DNA of 64,000 bases, from contig CBDEUK010000002.1 of assembly GCA_965243205.1 (NCBI GenBank), positions 1,312,001 to 1,376,000 on the forward strand, given 5' to 3'. The position numbers and the translations under genes were made by a program. Origin of the DNA: Gammaproteobacteria bacterium. Lineage in GTDB: Bacteria; Pseudomonadota; Gammaproteobacteria; Eutrophobiales; Eutrophobiaceae. Numbering within the stretch: position 1 is the first letter of the stretch; the number at the start of each line of letters is the position of its first letter. Shown here one piece after another: positions 25,315-37,421 of this stretch. Below the pieces are notes generated by a model. That model did not search any database, was not told the DNA's origin, and saw nothing but the letters and a program-made list of their open reading frames with translations.

Positions 25315-25343
25315 ATTGTATGACTAGGGGTTTACTGTGTCAA
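25315..25343 (-). promoter_or_regulatory. Strong sigma70 promoter of the str operon
   Basis: Minus strand TTGACA-N17-TACAAT followed by GC-rich discriminator CCCGCCTC, typical of stringently controlled promoters. Confidence 0.88.
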
Positions 25344-25361
25344 GACAAGGTTTGAGGTTTT

Positions 25362-25396
25362 TACAGGAAACCTAAAATTCATTTAGGTTTCCTGTA
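25362..25396. terminator. Perfect 15-bp stem-loop after rpoC (terminator or mRNA 3' stabiliser; no U-tract on the transcribed strand)
   Basis: TACAGGAAACCTAAA-ATTCA-TTTAGGTTTCCTGTA, 6 nt after the rpoC stop. Confidence 0.6.
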
Positions 25397-25402
25397 TGAA
25401 CA

Positions 25403-28400
25403 CTAGGCTTCGCTGCTATTTTCAGAGACATCAGACACTTCTACTGTCGGAATAGAGATATCTTCAATGCCTTCTATTGCTGCTTCAGCAACCTCAAGAT
25501 TAGTCGCGGCTTCAGCTTCCTGTTCGCGTCTAGCTTCATGGTAAGCTAATCCAGTTCCCGCAGGAATCAAGCGACCCACTATGACATTTTCTTTGAGTCC
25601 ACGTAAATGATCACGTTTGCCTGTGACACTGGCTTCAGTAAGCACACGAGTAGTTTCTTGGAACGAAGCGGCAGAAATAAATGATTCTGTCGATAATGAC
25701 GCCTTAGTAATACCTAATAATACTGGCTCCCATTTAGCTGGGGTTTTGCCATCAGCTTCCAAACGTTCATTTTCATCTAAAATAAACGAACGCTCAGTTT
25801 GCTCGCCTTTCAAGAAGCTGCTATCACCTGGTTCACTGATTTCAGCTTTACGTAGCATTTGTCGAACAATCACTTCAATATGCTTATCGTTAATTTTTAC
25901 ACCTTGTAAGCGATAGACATCCTGAATTTCATTACAAATGTAATTTGCTAACGCATGAACACCCATTAAACGTAGTATATCGTGCGGTGTCGGAGCTCCA
26001 TCGACAATCGCTTCACCTTTTTCAACATGCTCGCCTTCAAACACATTGATATGACGCCATTTTGGAATCAGTTCTTCATAAGCTTCGCCGTCTGAATCAG
26101 TAAGTACTAAACGTATTTTACCTTTAGTCTCTTTACCAAAACTTACTGTACCCGTAATTTCAGCCAAGATAGATGGTTCTTTTGGTTTTCTCGCTTCAAA
26201 CAAGTCCGCCACACGAGGAAGACCACCAGTAATATCACGAGTTTTCGATGATTCTTGTGGTAATCTTGCAACAATGTCACCGACTTTCACTTCTTGCCCA
26301 TCTGTTACATTAACAACAGAATTTGGTGGTAACATGTAGTGAGCTGGAATTTCTGTACCAGGGATCATCAACTCATCACCATTTTCATCAACAAGTTTGA
26401 CCACTGGGCGCATATCTTTTGCTGAACCACGTTGTTTAGGATCGGTAATCACCATATTGGTCAAGCCAGTAATTTCATCAACGTTACGATCAACAGTGAC
26501 ACCTTCTACAATGTCTGAGAATTGAACCTTACCAGCCACCTCGGTAATAACTGGATGAGTATGTGGATCCCAACTGGCAACTTGTTGGCCTGGTTCAATA
26601 CTGTCGCCATCAGCTACAGTTAAAACTGCGCCGTATGGCAGTTTGTAACGTTCTTTCTCACGACCAACTTCATCTTGAACCACAGCTTCACCAGAACGCG
26701 AAACCACAATTTGGTTACCTGTTTCTTGATCCAATAACTTAACGTTTTGTAATCGTAAAGTACCAGCACCTTTGACTTCGATATTACTAACCGCTGCGGC
26801 ACGAGACGCAGCACCACCAATGTGGAAAGTACGCATGGTTAACTGAGTACCTGGCTCACCAATCGATTGAGCCGCAACAACACCAACCGACTCACCGATA
26901 TTCACTATATGTCCACGACCTAAATCACGACCATAACACTGAGCACAGATACCATATCGAGTTTCACAAGTGATCGCTGAACGAACCATCACTTGGTCAA
27001 TACCTTTTTCATCCATGACATCGACCCAATGTTCATCAAGCAAAGTACCTTTAGGAATAACGACTTCACCTGATTGAAGATTCACTGCATCCTCGGCTAA
27101 TACCCGACCTAAGACTCGATCACGGAGTGACTCAATTACATCTCCACCTTCAACCACAGGAGTCATTTTCATACCTTCAGTGGTACCGCAGTCTTCTTCA
27201 GTAACGACTAAATCTTGTGCTACATCCACTAGACGACGTGTTAAATAACCTGAGTTAGCGGTTTTAAGCGCAGTATCTGCCAAACCTTTACGCGCCCCGT
27301 GAGTAGAAATAAAGTACTGTAATACGTCCAAACCTTCACGGAAGTTAGCGGTAATAGGTGTCTCGATAATGGAACCATCTGGTTTCGCCATTAATCCACG
27401 CATACCGGCTAATTGACGAATCTGAGCAGCAGAACCCCTAGCACCAGAATCTGCCATCATATAAATAGAATTAAATGAAGGCTGTTTAATATCCTCGCCT
27501 TCTTTATTGCTAACAGTTTCAGTACCAAGTTTATCCATCATCGCTTTAGCAACTTGATCATTGGTTGCCGACCATATATCAACGACTTTGTTATAACGTT
27601 CACCGTTAGTAATCAAACCTGAAGAGTATTGATCTTGGAATTGACGAACTTGATCTTCAGCCTGTTCGATGATGTCATCTTTCGATTCAGGAATAACCAT
27701 ATCTTCAACACCGATTGAAACACCTGCTAAGGTTGAATAACGGAAACCTGTATACATTAACTTATCAGCAAAGATAACAGTTGGTTTTAAACCTAATTTA
27801 CGATAAGCCGTGTTGATTAGATTAGAGATAGCCTTTTTAGACATATCTTTATCAACCATATCGAAAGGCATACCCGCTGGTAATAATCTCGAAAGTAATG
27901 AACGACCAACGGTTGTTTCAACACGTCTTAATTTTGTTTCTGCAACACCTTCTTCATTAAATAAGGTTTCTTCAACTCGGACTTGAACCCGTGCATGTAA
28001 TTCAACTGCACCATTCTCATAAGCACGATGCACTTCATCAACATCACTAAAAATCATGCCTGTGCCTTTCGCACTAGCTGATTCTCGAGTCATATAATAA
28101 AGTCCTAAAACCACGTCTTGAGTAGGCACAATAATCGGTTCACCACTCGCTGGAGATAACACATTATTTGTAGCCATCATTAAAGTACGGGCTTCCAACT
28201 GAGCTTCGATAGATAATGGAACATGAACTGCCATTTGGTCACCATCAAAGTCCGCGTTGAATGCAGAACAAACTAATGGATGAAGTTGAATTGCTTTACC
28301 TTCAATAAGAACAGGTTCAAATGCTTGAATACCTAATCTATGTAAGGTTGGTGCTCGGTTTAACATCACAGGATGCTCACGAATCACTTCTTCAAGAACG

Positions 28401-29629
28401 TCCCAAACTTCCGAACCTTCTTTTTCTACTAATTTTTTAGCTGCCTTAATAGTAGTCGCTAAACCGCGGCGTTCTAACTTAGAAAAGATAAATGGTTTGA
28501 ATAATTCCAATGCCATTTTCTTAGGAAGACCACATTGATGAAGTTTCAATGTAGGTCCAACGGTAATTACTGATCGACCTGAATAGTCAACACGTTTACC
28601 TAATAAGTTTTGACGGAAACGACCTTGCTTACCTTTGATCATGTCAGCAAGAGATTTTAGAGGTAACTTATTGGTACCTGTAATCGCACGTCCACGACGA
28701 CCGTTATCTAATAAAGCATCAACCGACTCTTGTAACATACGTTTTTCGTTACGCACGATAATGTCAGGAGCATTTAAATCTAATAAGCGTTTTAAACGGT
28801 TATTACGATTAATCACTCGACGATATAAATCATTCAAATCAGAAGTCGCAAAACGACCGCCATCTAGTGGAACTAAAGGTCGAAGTTCTGGTGGCAAAAC
28901 TGGTAATACTTTCATTACCATCCATTCAGGTTTATTACCCGAACTTTGGAAAGCTTCTAATAATTTTAAACGTTTCGATAATTTTCTAAGTTTAGTTTCC
29001 GAACGTGTTGCAGGAATTTCTTCACGTAAAGTATCGACTTCTTCATCGATATCTAACGTGACTAATAACTCACGAATCGCTTCCGCGCCCATACGTGCAT
29101 CAAACTCATCACCATACTGTTCGATAGCATCTAAGTAACCTTCTTCCGTTAATAACTGACCACGTTCTAACTGAGTCATACCTGGTTCGATGATCACATA
29201 GGCTTCGAAATACAATACGCGTTCGATCTCACGCAAAGTCATATCAAGCATTAAGCCCATACGAGAAGGTAGTGATTTTAAATACCAAATATGTGCAACT
29301 GGACTCGCAAGTTCAATATGCCCCATACGATCACGACGTACTTTTGAAAGCGTTACTTCCACGCCACATTTTTCACAAACAACACCACGATGTTTTAAGC
29401 GTTTGTATTTACCGCAAAGACACTCATAGTCTTTAATCGGGCCAAAGATCTTGGCACAAAACAAACCATCACGTTCTGGCTTAAAAGTTCGATAGTTAAT
29501 GGTTTCAGGTTTTTTAACCTCACCATACGACCATGAACGAATTTTTTCAGGTGACGCTAGACCAATAGTGATTGAGTCAAACTCTTCGACCTGACCTTGT
29601 TGTTTCAATAATTTCAGTAAGTCTTTCAA
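25403..29629 (-). CDS. rpoC: RNA polymerase beta' subunit
   Basis: Catalytic [12 protein letters not shown], Zn ribbon CLCGKY...CEKC; TTG start with GGAGGT SD. Confidence 0.99.
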   Translation of the reverse strand: MKDLLKLLKQQGQVEEFDSITIGLASPEKIRSWSYGEVKKPETINYRTFKPERDGLFCAKIFGPIKDYECLCGKYKRLKHRGVVCEKCGVEVTLSKVRRDRMGHIELASPVAHIWYLKSLPSRMGLMLDMTLREIERVLYFEAYVIIEPGMTQLERGQLLTEEGYLDAIEQYGDEFDARMGAEAIRELLVTLDIDEEVDTLREEIPATRSETKLRKLSKRLKLLEAFQSSGNKPEWMVMKVLPVLPPELRPLVPLDGGRFATSDLNDLYRRVINRNNRLKRLLDLNAPDIIVRNEKRMLQESVDALLDNGRRGRAITGTNKLPLKSLADMIKGKQGRFRQNLLGKRVDYSGRSVITVGPTLKLHQCGLPKKMALELFKPFIFSKLERRGLATTIKAAKKLVEKEGSEVWDVLEEVIREHPVMLNRAPTLHRLGIQAFEPVLIEGKAIQLHPLVCSAFNADFDGDQMAVHVPLSIEAQLEARTLMMATNNVLSPASGEPIIVPTQDVVLGLYYMTRESASAKGTGMIFSDVDEVHRAYENGAVELHARVQVRVEETLFNEEGVAETKLRRVETTVGRSLLSRLLPAGMPFDMVDKDMSKKAISNLINTAYRKLGLKPTVIFADKLMYTGFRYSTLAGVSIGVEDMVIPESKDDIIEQAEDQVRQFQDQYSSGLITNGERYNKVVDIWSATNDQVAKAMMDKLGTETVSNKEGEDIKQPSFNSIYMMADSGARGSAAQIRQLAGMRGLMAKPDGSIIETPITANFREGLDVLQYFISTHGARKGLADTALKTANSGYLTRRLVDVAQDLVVTEEDCGTTEGMKMTPVVEGGDVIESLRDRVLGRVLAEDAVNLQSGEVVIPKGTLLDEHWVDVMDEKGIDQVMVRSAITCETRYGICAQCYGRDLGRGHIVNIGESVGVVAAQSIGEPGTQLTMRTFHIGGAASRAAAVSNIEVKGAGTLRLQNVKLLDQETGNQIVVSRSGEAVVQDEVGREKERYKLPYGAVLTVADGDSIEPGQQVASWDPHTHPVITEVAGKVQFSDIVEGVTVDRNVDEITGLTNMVITDPKQRGSAKDMRPVVKLVDENGDELMIPGTEIPAHYMLPPNSVVNVTDGQEVKVGDIVARLPQESSKTRDITGGLPRVADLFEARKPKEPSILAEITGTVSFGKETKGKIRLVLTDSDGEAYEELIPKWRHINVFEGEHVEKGEAIVDGAPTPHDILRLMGVHALANYICNEIQDVYRLQGVKINDKHIEVIVRQMLRKAEISEPGDSSFLKGEQTERSFILDENERLEADGKTPAKWEPVLLGITKASLSTESFISAASFQETTRVLTEASVTGKRDHLRGLKENVIVGRLIPAGTGLAYHEARREQEAEAATNLEVAEAAIEGIEDISIPTVEVSDVSENSSEA

Positions 29630-29697
29630 GGTTTATACCTCCAGAAGACAATTAGGTAATTTTAAAATTTGAAATAAATGCATCAGTATTTTCTCGA

Positions 29698-32600
29698 TCA
29701 CTCTGATTTCTCTTCCTGATCCAAACCAATATCGATTGCTAATGAACGAATCTCTTTCAACAATACGTTAAATGATTCTGGCATACCGGCTTCCATACGA
29801 TGATCACCATCGACAATATTTTTATACATCTTGGTTCGACCATTAACATCATCTGATTTGACCGTAAGCATTTCTTGTAAGGTATAAGCAGCACCATAAG
29901 CTTCAAGTGCCCAGACCTCCATTTCACCAAAACGTTGGCCACCGAACTGAGCTTTACCACCCAGAGGTTGTTGAGTAACCAAACTATAAGGACCGGTTGA
30001 ACGTGCATGCATTTTGTCATCAACCAAGTGATTCAATTTCAACATGTACATATAACCAACGGTTACTTTACGTTCAAACTTCTTACCAGTACGACCATCG
30101 TAAAGAACGCTCTGTCCATCTTCGTCGAGTCCAGCTAAAGATAATAAGGTTTTAATATCTTTTTCTGCAGCACCATCAAAAACTGGTGTTGCCATTGGTA
30201 CACCACCTTGAAGGTTCTTAGATAATTCCAAGATTTCATCATCAGTAAACGAATTTAGATCTTCTTGTTTACCACTGGTGTTATATACCTTATCGAGGAA
30301 CTCTCTTAGTTCATGTGCATTTGCTTGTGCATCCATCATACGTTTAATTTGATGGCCTAAACCTTTAGCCGCCCAACCCAAATGCGTTTCTAATACCTGT
30401 CCCACGTTCATACGTGAAGGTACACCAAGTGGATTCAGTACAACATCAACAGGAGAACCATCTTCAAGGTATGGCATATCCTCTACAGGAACAATAGTCG
30501 AGATAACCCCTTTGTTACCGTGACGACCAGCCATTTTGTCACCTGATTGAATACGACGTTTAACGGCAAGATAAACCTTAACCATTTTTAATACGCCTGG
30601 AGCCAAATCATCACCTGAGGTTAACTTCGCACGTTTTTCTTCAAAACGTTTATCAAATTCTTCTTTTAGTAACTCAAGTTGTTGTGTAGCTTTTTCAAGC
30701 TGTTGGTTGTGATCGTCGTTTTGTAAACGAATGTCTAACCATTTTTCACGTGGTGTATCATTCAAATAATCTTGAGTAATTTTTGAGCCTTTGCTAAGAC
30801 TATTTGGACCACCATCAGCAACTTTACCAATTAACATTGATTCAAGACGTTGGAAAATACCTTCTTCCATAATACGCAATTGATCGTTAAGGTCTTTACG
30901 TACGCTGTTGAGTTCGGCTTCTTCAATTTCTAATGCTCGCGCATCTTTTTCAACACCATCACGCGTGAATACTTGAACGTCAATAACAGTTCCGTTCATG
31001 CCTGATGGAACACGCAATGAAGTATCTTTTACATCAGAAGCTTTTTCACCGAAGATAGCTCTTAATAACTTTTCTTCTGGTGTTAATTGGGTTTCACCTT
31101 TAGGGGTTACTTTACCTACTAAGATGTCACCGATATTTACTTCAGCACCGATATAAACAATGCCCGACTCATCTAATTTACCAAGTGCACTTTCACTAAC
31201 ATTAGGGATATCCGATGAAATCTCTTCCGGTCCTAATTTTGTATCACGTGCAACGCATGTTAATTCTTCGATATGAATAGTCGTAAATCGATCTTCTTGT
31301 ACTAAACGCTCTGAAATTAAGATCGAATCCTCAAAGTTATAACCATTCCACGGCATGAACGCGACTTTCATGTTTTGACCTAACGCTAATTCACCTAAGT
31401 CAGTTGAAGGGCCGTCAGCCAGCACATCGTTCTTCGCAATCTTATCGCCTGGTTTCACTAATGGGCGTTGGTTAATACAAGTATTCTGATTAGAACGGGT
31501 ATATTTAGTTAAGTTATAAATATCGACGCCTGCCTCACCTGCAATCACTTCATCATCGTTTGCACGAACAACAATTCTGCCAGCATCCACCGAGTCGACA
31601 AGACCGCCGCGTTCTGCAATTACTGTTACACCTGAATCCATTGCCACAGTGCGTTCAATACCTGTACCCACTAATGGTTTATCAGCACGTAAAGTAGGAA
31701 CTGCTTGGCGTTGCATGTTTGATCCCATTAAGGCACGGTTCGCATCATCGTGCTCAAGGAATGGAATTAATGCAGCAGCAACGGAAACAATTTGTCTTGG
31801 CGATACATCCATAAAGTTAATCTCTTCAGGAGTCGCCATAGTAAATTCGTTTTGGAAACGACAAGGTACTAATTCATCAATTAATACACCTTTTTCAATA
31901 GACGCATTTGCTTGAGCAATTTTATATTCACTTTCTTCAATAGCAGAAAGATATTCAATTTCATCAGTGACTTTACTATCTACAACCTTGCGATAAGGTG
32001 TTTCAAGAAAACCATAATCATTTGCTCGCGCATAAACTGACAAAGAGTTGATCAAACCAATATTAGGTCCTTCAGGCGTTTCAATCGGACATACACGACC
32101 GTAGTGAGTTGGGTGTACATCACGTACTTCGAAACCAGCACGTTCACGCGTTAAACCACCAGGGCCTAATGCTGAAATACGACGTTTGTGAGTGACTTCT
32201 GATAATGGATTGTTTTGATCCATAAATTGAGATAACTGGCTTGAACCAAAGAATTCTTTGATAACAGCAGACACAGGTTTAGCGTTAATGATTTCTTGAG
32301 GCATCAAACCTTCTGACTCTGCCAAACTTAAACGCTCTTTTACTGCACGTTCAACACGCACTAAACCAACACGAAATTGGTTTTCCGCCATTTCACCAAC
32401 ACTTCTTACACGACGGTTACCTAGATGATCGATGTCATCAATCATGCCTTTACCATTTCGGATATCAATCAACACTCTTAATACATCAACAATATCTTCT
32501 TTTGATAAAACACCTTCACCGTTGATTTCTTTACGACCAACTCGACGGTTGAACTTCATACGTCCAACAGCGGATAAGTCATAACGATCAGGGCTAAAGA

Positions 32601-33786
32601 ATAAATTCTTAAATAAGTTTTCAGCAGCTTCTTTAGTAGGAGGTTCACCTGGACGCATCATACGATAGATTTCAATTTGAGCTTCTAAAGCATCCGTGGT
32701 GGTATCTGCGCGTAAAGTATCTGCAATATAAGAACCTCGATCGAGGTCATTGGTATACAAGGTTTCAAATTCTAAATCGCTTTCCAATGCTTGTATTTTT
32801 TCGAGGACTTCTTCAGTTATTTCGGTATTTGCAGGAATTAAGATCTCACCTGTTTCGGTATCGATGATGTCTTTAGCGATGACTTTACCAATCAAATAAT
32901 CAACAGGTACTTCAATTTGTTCGACACCTGCCTTTTCCATTTCACGAATATGTCTGGCAGTAATTCGACGTTCTTTCTCAACGAATACTTTACCATCAGC
33001 AACAACATCAAAAGGAACAGACTCACCTTTCAAACGCTCAGGGATCAAATCAAGGAACACACTCTCGCCTGAAATACTGAATGAGTTAGTATCAAAAAAT
33101 AATTCTAAAATTTCTTGCGCACTAAAACCTAAGGCACGTAACAAAATGGTGCTGTAAATTTTACGACGACGGTCAATACGACAATACACTAAATCTTTTG
33201 GATCGAATTCGAAATCCAACCAAGAGCCACGGTAAGGAATTACCCTGGCTGAGTATAATAATTTACCCGATGAATGGGTTTTACCTCGGTCATGTTCAAA
33301 GAACACACCAGGAGAACGATGAAGTTGAGAAACAATAACACGCTCCGTTCCGTTTATGACGAAAGTGCCGGTAGGTGTCATCAAAGGCATCTCGCCCATG
33401 TAAACTTCTTGCTCTTTAATATCTTTTACAACTTTATTATTAACGCCCGCATCCTTGTCATAAATCACTAAACGGACTTTCACGCGTAGAGAAGCGGCAT
33501 ACGTTAAACCACGCAACTTACATTCCTTTACATCGAAAACCGGTGTACCAAGATTATAATTAACGTAATCGAGGCTAGCATTACCAGAGTAACTTTCGAT
33601 TGGAAATACAGATTTAAACGCAGCGTGCAAACCTTTGTCTTGTCTTTCATCAACACTAGCATCGCTTTGCAAGAAGTGTTTGAAAGAATTCACTTGGGTT
33701 TGTAATAAATTTGGTACACCCAATATGCCAGGGTTTTTACCAAAGTCTTTACGAATACGTTTTTTTTCAGTAAAGGAATAAGTCAT
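29698..33786 (-). CDS. rpoB: RNA polymerase beta subunit
   Basis: [67 protein letters not shown]. Confidence 0.99.
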   Translation of the reverse strand: MTYSFTEKKRIRKDFGKNPGILGVPNLLQTQVNSFKHFLQSDASVDERQDKGLHAAFKSVFPIESYSGNASLDYVNYNLGTPVFDVKECKLRGLTYAASLRVKVRLVIYDKDAGVNNKVVKDIKEQEVYMGEMPLMTPTGTFVINGTERVIVSQLHRSPGVFFEHDRGKTHSSGKLLYSARVIPYRGSWLDFEFDPKDLVYCRIDRRRKIYSTILLRALGFSAQEILELFFDTNSFSISGESVFLDLIPERLKGESVPFDVVADGKVFVEKERRITARHIREMEKAGVEQIEVPVDYLIGKVIAKDIIDTETGEILIPANTEITEEVLEKIQALESDLEFETLYTNDLDRGSYIADTLRADTTTDALEAQIEIYRMMRPGEPPTKEAAENLFKNLFFSPDRYDLSAVGRMKFNRRVGRKEINGEGVLSKEDIVDVLRVLIDIRNGKGMIDDIDHLGNRRVRSVGEMAENQFRVGLVRVERAVKERLSLAESEGLMPQEIINAKPVSAVIKEFFGSSQLSQFMDQNNPLSEVTHKRRISALGPGGLTRERAGFEVRDVHPTHYGRVCPIETPEGPNIGLINSLSVYARANDYGFLETPYRKVVDSKVTDEIEYLSAIEESEYKIAQANASIEKGVLIDELVPCRFQNEFTMATPEEINFMDVSPRQIVSVAAALIPFLEHDDANRALMGSNMQRQAVPTLRADKPLVGTGIERTVAMDSGVTVIAERGGLVDSVDAGRIVVRANDDEVIAGEAGVDIYNLTKYTRSNQNTCINQRPLVKPGDKIAKNDVLADGPSTDLGELALGQNMKVAFMPWNGYNFEDSILISERLVQEDRFTTIHIEELTCVARDTKLGPEEISSDIPNVSESALGKLDESGIVYIGAEVNIGDILVGKVTPKGETQLTPEEKLLRAIFGEKASDVKDTSLRVPSGMNGTVIDVQVFTRDGVEKDARALEIEEAELNSVRKDLNDQLRIMEEGIFQRLESMLIGKVADGGPNSLSKGSKITQDYLNDTPREKWLDIRLQNDDHNQQLEKATQQLELLKEEFDKRFEEKRAKLTSGDDLAPGVLKMVKVYLAVKRRIQSGDKMAGRHGNKGVISTIVPVEDMPYLEDGSPVDVVLNPLGVPSRMNVGQVLETHLGWAAKGLGHQIKRMMDAQANAHELREFLDKVYNTSGKQEDLNSFTDDEILELSKNLQGGVPMATPVFDGAAEKDIKTLLSLAGLDEDGQSVLYDGRTGKKFERKVTVGYMYMLKLNHLVDDKMHARSTGPYSLVTQQPLGGKAQFGGQRFGEMEVWALEAYGAAYTLQEMLTVKSDDVNGRTKMYKNIVDGDHRMEAGMPESFNVLLKEIRSLAIDIGLDQEEKSE

Positions 33787-33824
33787 TATGTTTCCTCACA
33801 TAAGTGATTGGAAATACGTCTTTT

Positions 33825-33885
33825 GGAAAGACAAAAGCAGGTCGGCGACCCAGCAAGGTCACCAACCCGGTTAACATACAGCAAT
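33825..33885 (-). ncRNA. rplL-rpoB intergenic attenuator hairpin (P26-like RNA)
   Basis: Minus strand GGGTTGGTGACC-TTGCTG-GGTCGCCGACCT-GCTTTTG resembles the GGCTGGTGAC...GTCACCAGCCTTTT hairpin at this position in gammaproteobacteria. Boundaries approximate. Confidence 0.7.
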
Positions 33886-33908
33886 TTTGCTGACAAGAAT
33901 CGAGCCAA

Positions 33909-34292
33909 CTACTTGACTTCGACAGTAGCGCCAGCTTCTTCTAATTGCTTTTTGATGTCTTCTGCTTCTTCTTTCGAAACAGCTTCTTTTAATGGAGAAG
34001 GCGCGCCTTCAACCAGTTCTTTCGCTTCTTTCAAGCCTAAACCAGTTACGCCGCGAACTGCTTTAATAACAGCTACTTTATTGTCGCCGAAACCAGCAAG
34101 AACAACATCGAACTCAGATTTTTCTTCAGCAGCAGCGCCAGCGTCACCACCAGCACCTGGAGCTGCAGCAACTGCTACAGGAGCAGCAGCAGAAACGCCC
34201 CACTCTTCTTCCAGTTCATTGATAAGTTCAACCAGTTCCATAACTGGCATTTGACCTAATGCTTCTTTAACTTCTTCACGTGATACAGCCAT
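33909..34292 (-). CDS. rplL: 50S ribosomal protein L7/L12
   Basis: Ala-rich hinge, [33 protein letters not shown]. Confidence 0.99.
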   Translation of the reverse strand: MAVSREEVKEALGQMPVMELVELINELEEEWGVSAAAPVAVAAAPGAGGDAGAAAEEKSEFDVVLAGFGDNKVAVIKAVRGVTGLGLKEAKELVEGAPSPLKEAVSKEEAEDIKKQLEEAGATVEVK

Positions 34293-34352
34293 TTTATTGA
34301 CTCCTAAAAATAAATTTAAAAATGTTTTATTAAGTAAGTTTCGTACTGAGGC

Positions 34353-34874
34353 TTAAGCCGCTTGATCGCGTTTAGCCGCCAATAATCTTGCGAACTTCGA
34401 TTGAGGTTCAGCAATAGTACGAACAAATTTGGACATAGGCGCTTGCAACAGACCCAAGAACATCGCTCTAGCTTCATCAAGAGATGGCATTTTCGCCAGT
34501 TTCTCAATGTCGTTTGCTGGTAATAACTGACCATCAATTGAGACCAGTTTTACAACGAGCTTGTCATTGTCTTTGCTAAAGTCACGAATAACCTTTGCAG
34601 CAGAGCCTGGCTCATCGTTTGAAAACGCCAGAATCAACTGCCCTACCAAGCCTTCGCGCATGCATTCAAATGACGTGTCTTCTAAAGCTCTTCGAGCCAA
34701 AGTATTTCGAACAACACGCAGATAAATACCGGCTTCTCGTGCTTTGTTACGTAGTTCGGTCATTTCTGAAACCGTTAAACCACTGTACTCAGCAGCGATG
34801 GCGGTAGGAGCCTTGGACGCAACTTCGGCAACTTCTGCAACAATTGCCTGTTTTTGCTCAAGATTGAGACTCAC
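34353..34874 (-). CDS. rplJ: 50S ribosomal protein L10 (true start GTG at 34874, 173 aa)
   Basis: (M)SLNLEQKQAIVAEV, Y.GLTV..MT.LR, VVRNTLARRA; GGAGGT SD directly upstream of the GTG. Confidence 0.97.
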   Translation of the reverse strand: MSLNLEQKQAIVAEVAEVASKAPTAIAAEYSGLTVSEMTELRNKAREAGIYLRVVRNTLARRALEDTSFECMREGLVGQLILAFSNDEPGSAAKVIRDFSKDNDKLVVKLVSIDGQLLPANDIEKLAKMPSLDEARAMFLGLLQAPMSKFVRTIAEPQSKFARLLAAKRDQAA

Positions 34875-34944
34875 AGTAATACCTCCAATTAGTGTGATGA
34901 CATTGGGCGAAACCCAATCCATTTATGTTCATCACGATTAACAA

Positions 34945-35090
34945 TTACGGTGGCTATCTCACAGAAAAATACTGTTAGGGTAACACCGTCTGCGTAGGTA
35001 ATTCTCAGTACATTAAGTAATTTTATTGTAAACAATAAAATTACACCTACGGTCTTTGACGTCTGAACATTCCATTGTCCAGCCCAAAGT
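34945..35090 (-). ncRNA. L10 leader (L10/L12 autogenous operator)
   Basis: Minus strand CAAAGACCGTAGG-[GTAATTTTATTG-TTTA-CAATAAAATTAC hairpin]-TTAA...CCTACGCAGACGGTG, the conserved L10-leader core. Boundaries approximate. Confidence 0.85.
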
Positions 35091-35139
35091 CTATTGACTA
35101 CTTGTTATATAAATACAATTAACAAATAGATGTAAAAAT

Positions 35140-35832
35140 TTAAACCATAGAAGAATGATCAACCAATAAACCTGGGCCCATAGTGGTTGATAATGAAACC
35201 TTCTTCATATAAATGCCTTTCGCACTGCTTGGTTTAGCTTTTATTAAATCTGCAATTAATGATTCGAGATTTTCTTTTAGTGCTTCTGGCTCGAATGAAA
35301 CTTTGCCAATTGCACAATGCACAATACCGTTTTTATCAGCACGGAAACGCACTTGACCTGATTTCGCATTCGTAACTGCTTGACCAACATCTTTAGTCAC
35401 GGTTCCAACCTTAGGGTTAGGCATTAATCCTCTTGGGCCAAGTATCTTACCTAAACGACCTACGATCGGCATGGCATCTGGGCTAGCGATCACAACATCG
35501 TAATTGATATCGCCACCTTTCATGCTAGCTTCTAAATCTTCAAACCCGACCACATCGGCACCAGCTTCTTTCGCTTGATCAGCTAATTCACCCTGGGCAA
35601 ATACAGCTACTTTAACTGTTTTACCAGTACCTTTTGGTAACACGGTTGAACCACGAACCACTTGGTCTGATTTTCTTGGATCAACACCAAGATTCACTGC
35701 AACTTCAACCGATTCGTCGAATTTTACTTTTGAACATTCTTTTAATAATGAAAAAGCTTCCAAAATGTCATAAGTGTTATCTGGGTTAATTTTTTCAGCG
35801 ATCATTTTTGCGCGTTTTGATAATTTAGTCAT
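35140..35832 (-). CDS. rplA: 50S ribosomal protein L1
   Basis: [47 protein letters not shown]. Confidence 0.99.
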   Translation of the reverse strand: MTKLSKRAKMIAEKINPDNTYDILEAFSLLKECSKVKFDESVEVAVNLGVDPRKSDQVVRGSTVLPKGTGKTVKVAVFAQGELADQAKEAGADVVGFEDLEASMKGGDINYDVVIASPDAMPIVGRLGKILGPRGLMPNPKVGTVTKDVGQAVTNAKSGQVRFRADKNGIVHCAIGKVSFEPEALKENLESLIADLIKAKPSSAKGIYMKKVSLSTTMGPGLLVDHSSMV

Positions 35833-36264
35833 TTACACGCCCTCCGTATCGATACCCATACTGCGAGCAGTTCCCGCAATGGTTCTTACTGCTGCATCCA
35901 TATCTGCAGCCGTTAAATCAGGCTCTTTAGTTTTCGCAATTTCTTCTAATTGTTCGCGAGTTACCTTACCTACTTTTTCTGTATGAGGTGTACCACTACC
36001 ACTCTTTACACCAGCCGCTTTTTTCAACAAGGTTGAAGCTGGTGTGGTTTTGGTAACAAAGGTGAAACTCTTATCAGAGAAAACTGTAATAACCACAGGA
36101 ACAGGAAGGCCTTGTTCCATAGATTGAGTCTGAGCATTGAATGCTTTACAGAACTCCATAATGTTCAAACCATGTTGACCTAAAGCTGGACCAACGGGTG
36201 GACTTGGATTTGCCTGACCAGCAGGCACCTGTAATTTGACATAAGTGTCGATTTTTTTAGCCAT
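35833..36264 (-). CDS. rplK: 50S ribosomal protein L11
   Basis: [43 protein letters not shown]. Confidence 0.99.
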   Translation of the reverse strand: MAKKIDTYVKLQVPAGQANPSPPVGPALGQHGLNIMEFCKAFNAQTQSMEQGLPVPVVITVFSDKSFTFVTKTTPASTLLKKAAGVKSGSGTPHTEKVGKVTREQLEEIAKTKEPDLTAADMDAAVRTIAGTARSMGIDTEGV

Positions 36265-36280
36265 TAGAGACTACCTCCAT

Positions 36281-36320
36281 TGGGTGCAAACGCATATTGT
36301 CTTTCAAATATGCTCCCCGT
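36281..36320 (-). promoter_or_regulatory. L1-binding translational operator upstream of rplK
   Basis: Minus strand ACGGGGAGC-ATATT-TGAAAGAC-AATAT-GCGTTTGCACCCA followed by SD GGAGG; same layout as the E. coli GGGGAGC...GCGTT..ACCCAA L1 site. Confidence 0.8.
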
Positions 36321-36372
36321 TATTTAAATAAACTGAACTATTGTCCAGCAATCATAAAACTTTTAGCAAAAA

Positions 36373-36906
36373 CTATTCTTTTGCAACTTGGCCAAACTCC
36401 AATTCAACAGGAGTTGAACGACCAAAAATAAGAACCGATACACGTAAGCGGCTCTTTTCATAATTCACTTCTTCAACCACACCATTAAAGTCTGTAAATG
36501 GGCCTTCTGTAACTCGTACCACTTCGCCTGGTTCGAATAAGATTTTAGGTCTTGGTTTATCAACGCCATCCTCAACACGCTGTAAGATTGTATTGGCTTC
36601 TTTTTCAGTGATTGGCGCAGGCCGATCACTAGTGCCTCCAATAAAACCTAGAACGCGTGGCGCATCTTTCACTAAATGCCAACTGTCATCATCCATTTCC
36701 ATTTGTACTAAGACATAACCAGGAAAAAATTTACGATCACTTTTACGCTTTTTACCATCGCGCATCTCGACTACTTCTTCAGTCGGCACTAAGATCTCAC
36801 CAAATTTTTCTTGCAAACCACTACGTTCGATACGTTCTTTCAGAGAACGCATAACGTGATTTTCAAAGCCCGAATAGGCATGGACTACATACCATTTTAG
36901 AGCCAC
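36373..36906 (-). CDS. nusG: Transcription termination/antitermination factor NusG
   Basis: [23 protein letters not shown] motif [20 protein letters not shown]; GTG start. Confidence 0.99.
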   Translation of the reverse strand: MALKWYVVHAYSGFENHVMRSLKERIERSGLQEKFGEILVPTEEVVEMRDGKKRKSDRKFFPGYVLVQMEMDDDSWHLVKDAPRVLGFIGGTSDRPAPITEKEANTILQRVEDGVDKPRPKILFEPGEVVRVTEGPFTDFNGVVEEVNYEKSRLRVSVLIFGRSTPVELEFGQVAKE

Positions 36907-36909
36907 GGA

Positions 36910-37290
36910 TTAACCTCCATGTCCAAGTATCGAACCAATAGACCAGCCCAAAAACATATCTAACAACCAAAGAAATACCGCCATTAATACAACCATAACC
37001 ACAACAAACAAGGTCATTTGTGTAGTTTCTTGTTTGGTCGGCCAAACGACTTTTTTAACTTCTGTTTGGGTATTTTGAAATAAACTCCAATAACCTCGGC
37101 CAGTTTCAGTTTGCATTGCGATAAATGCAGCGATACCCACTGCAACAAGCAAACCTATTACTCGGTACAATAATGATTGATCGGCATACCAATAAAAGCC
37201 AAACACTGCGGCAGCCAATATCAATAAGGCAATTATTAACTTCAGTACATCAAGACCTGAGTTTGAGTCTGTTTCTACTTTTGTATTCAT
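36910..37290 (-). CDS. secE: Preprotein translocase subunit SecE (3-TM form)
   Basis: EVKKVVWPTKQET motif, three hydrophobic segments, between tRNA-Trp and nusG. Confidence 0.97.
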   Translation of the reverse strand: MNTKVETDSNSGLDVLKLIIALLILAAAVFGFYWYADQSLLYRVIGLLVAVGIAAFIAMQTETGRGYWSLFQNTQTEVKKVVWPTKQETTQMTLFVVVMVVLMAVFLWLLDMFLGWSIGSILGHGG

Positions 37291-37325
37291 CTAATAATTT
37301 ATAGTTTCTTATGCTAACCAGTAAA

Positions 37326-37401
37326 TGGCAGGCCAGGAGGGAATCGAACCCCCAACCTACGGTTTTGGAGACCGTCGCTCTGCCAATTGAGCTACTGGCC
37401 T
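37326..37401 (-). tRNA. tRNA-Trp (CCA)
   Basis: AGGCCAGTAGCTCAATTGGCAGAGC-GACGGT-CTCCAAA-ACCGT...GGTTCGATTCC...CTGGCCTGCCA; 76 nt, encoded CCA. Confidence 0.97.
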
Positions 37402-37421
37402 AATTAGCTTGTAATTTCTAC

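Noticed and set aside
32150-32260. Rifampicin-resistance substitutions in rpoB (also streptomycin sites in rpsL)
   Set aside because: The cluster I region ([26 protein letters not shown]) and the S12 lysines look wild type.
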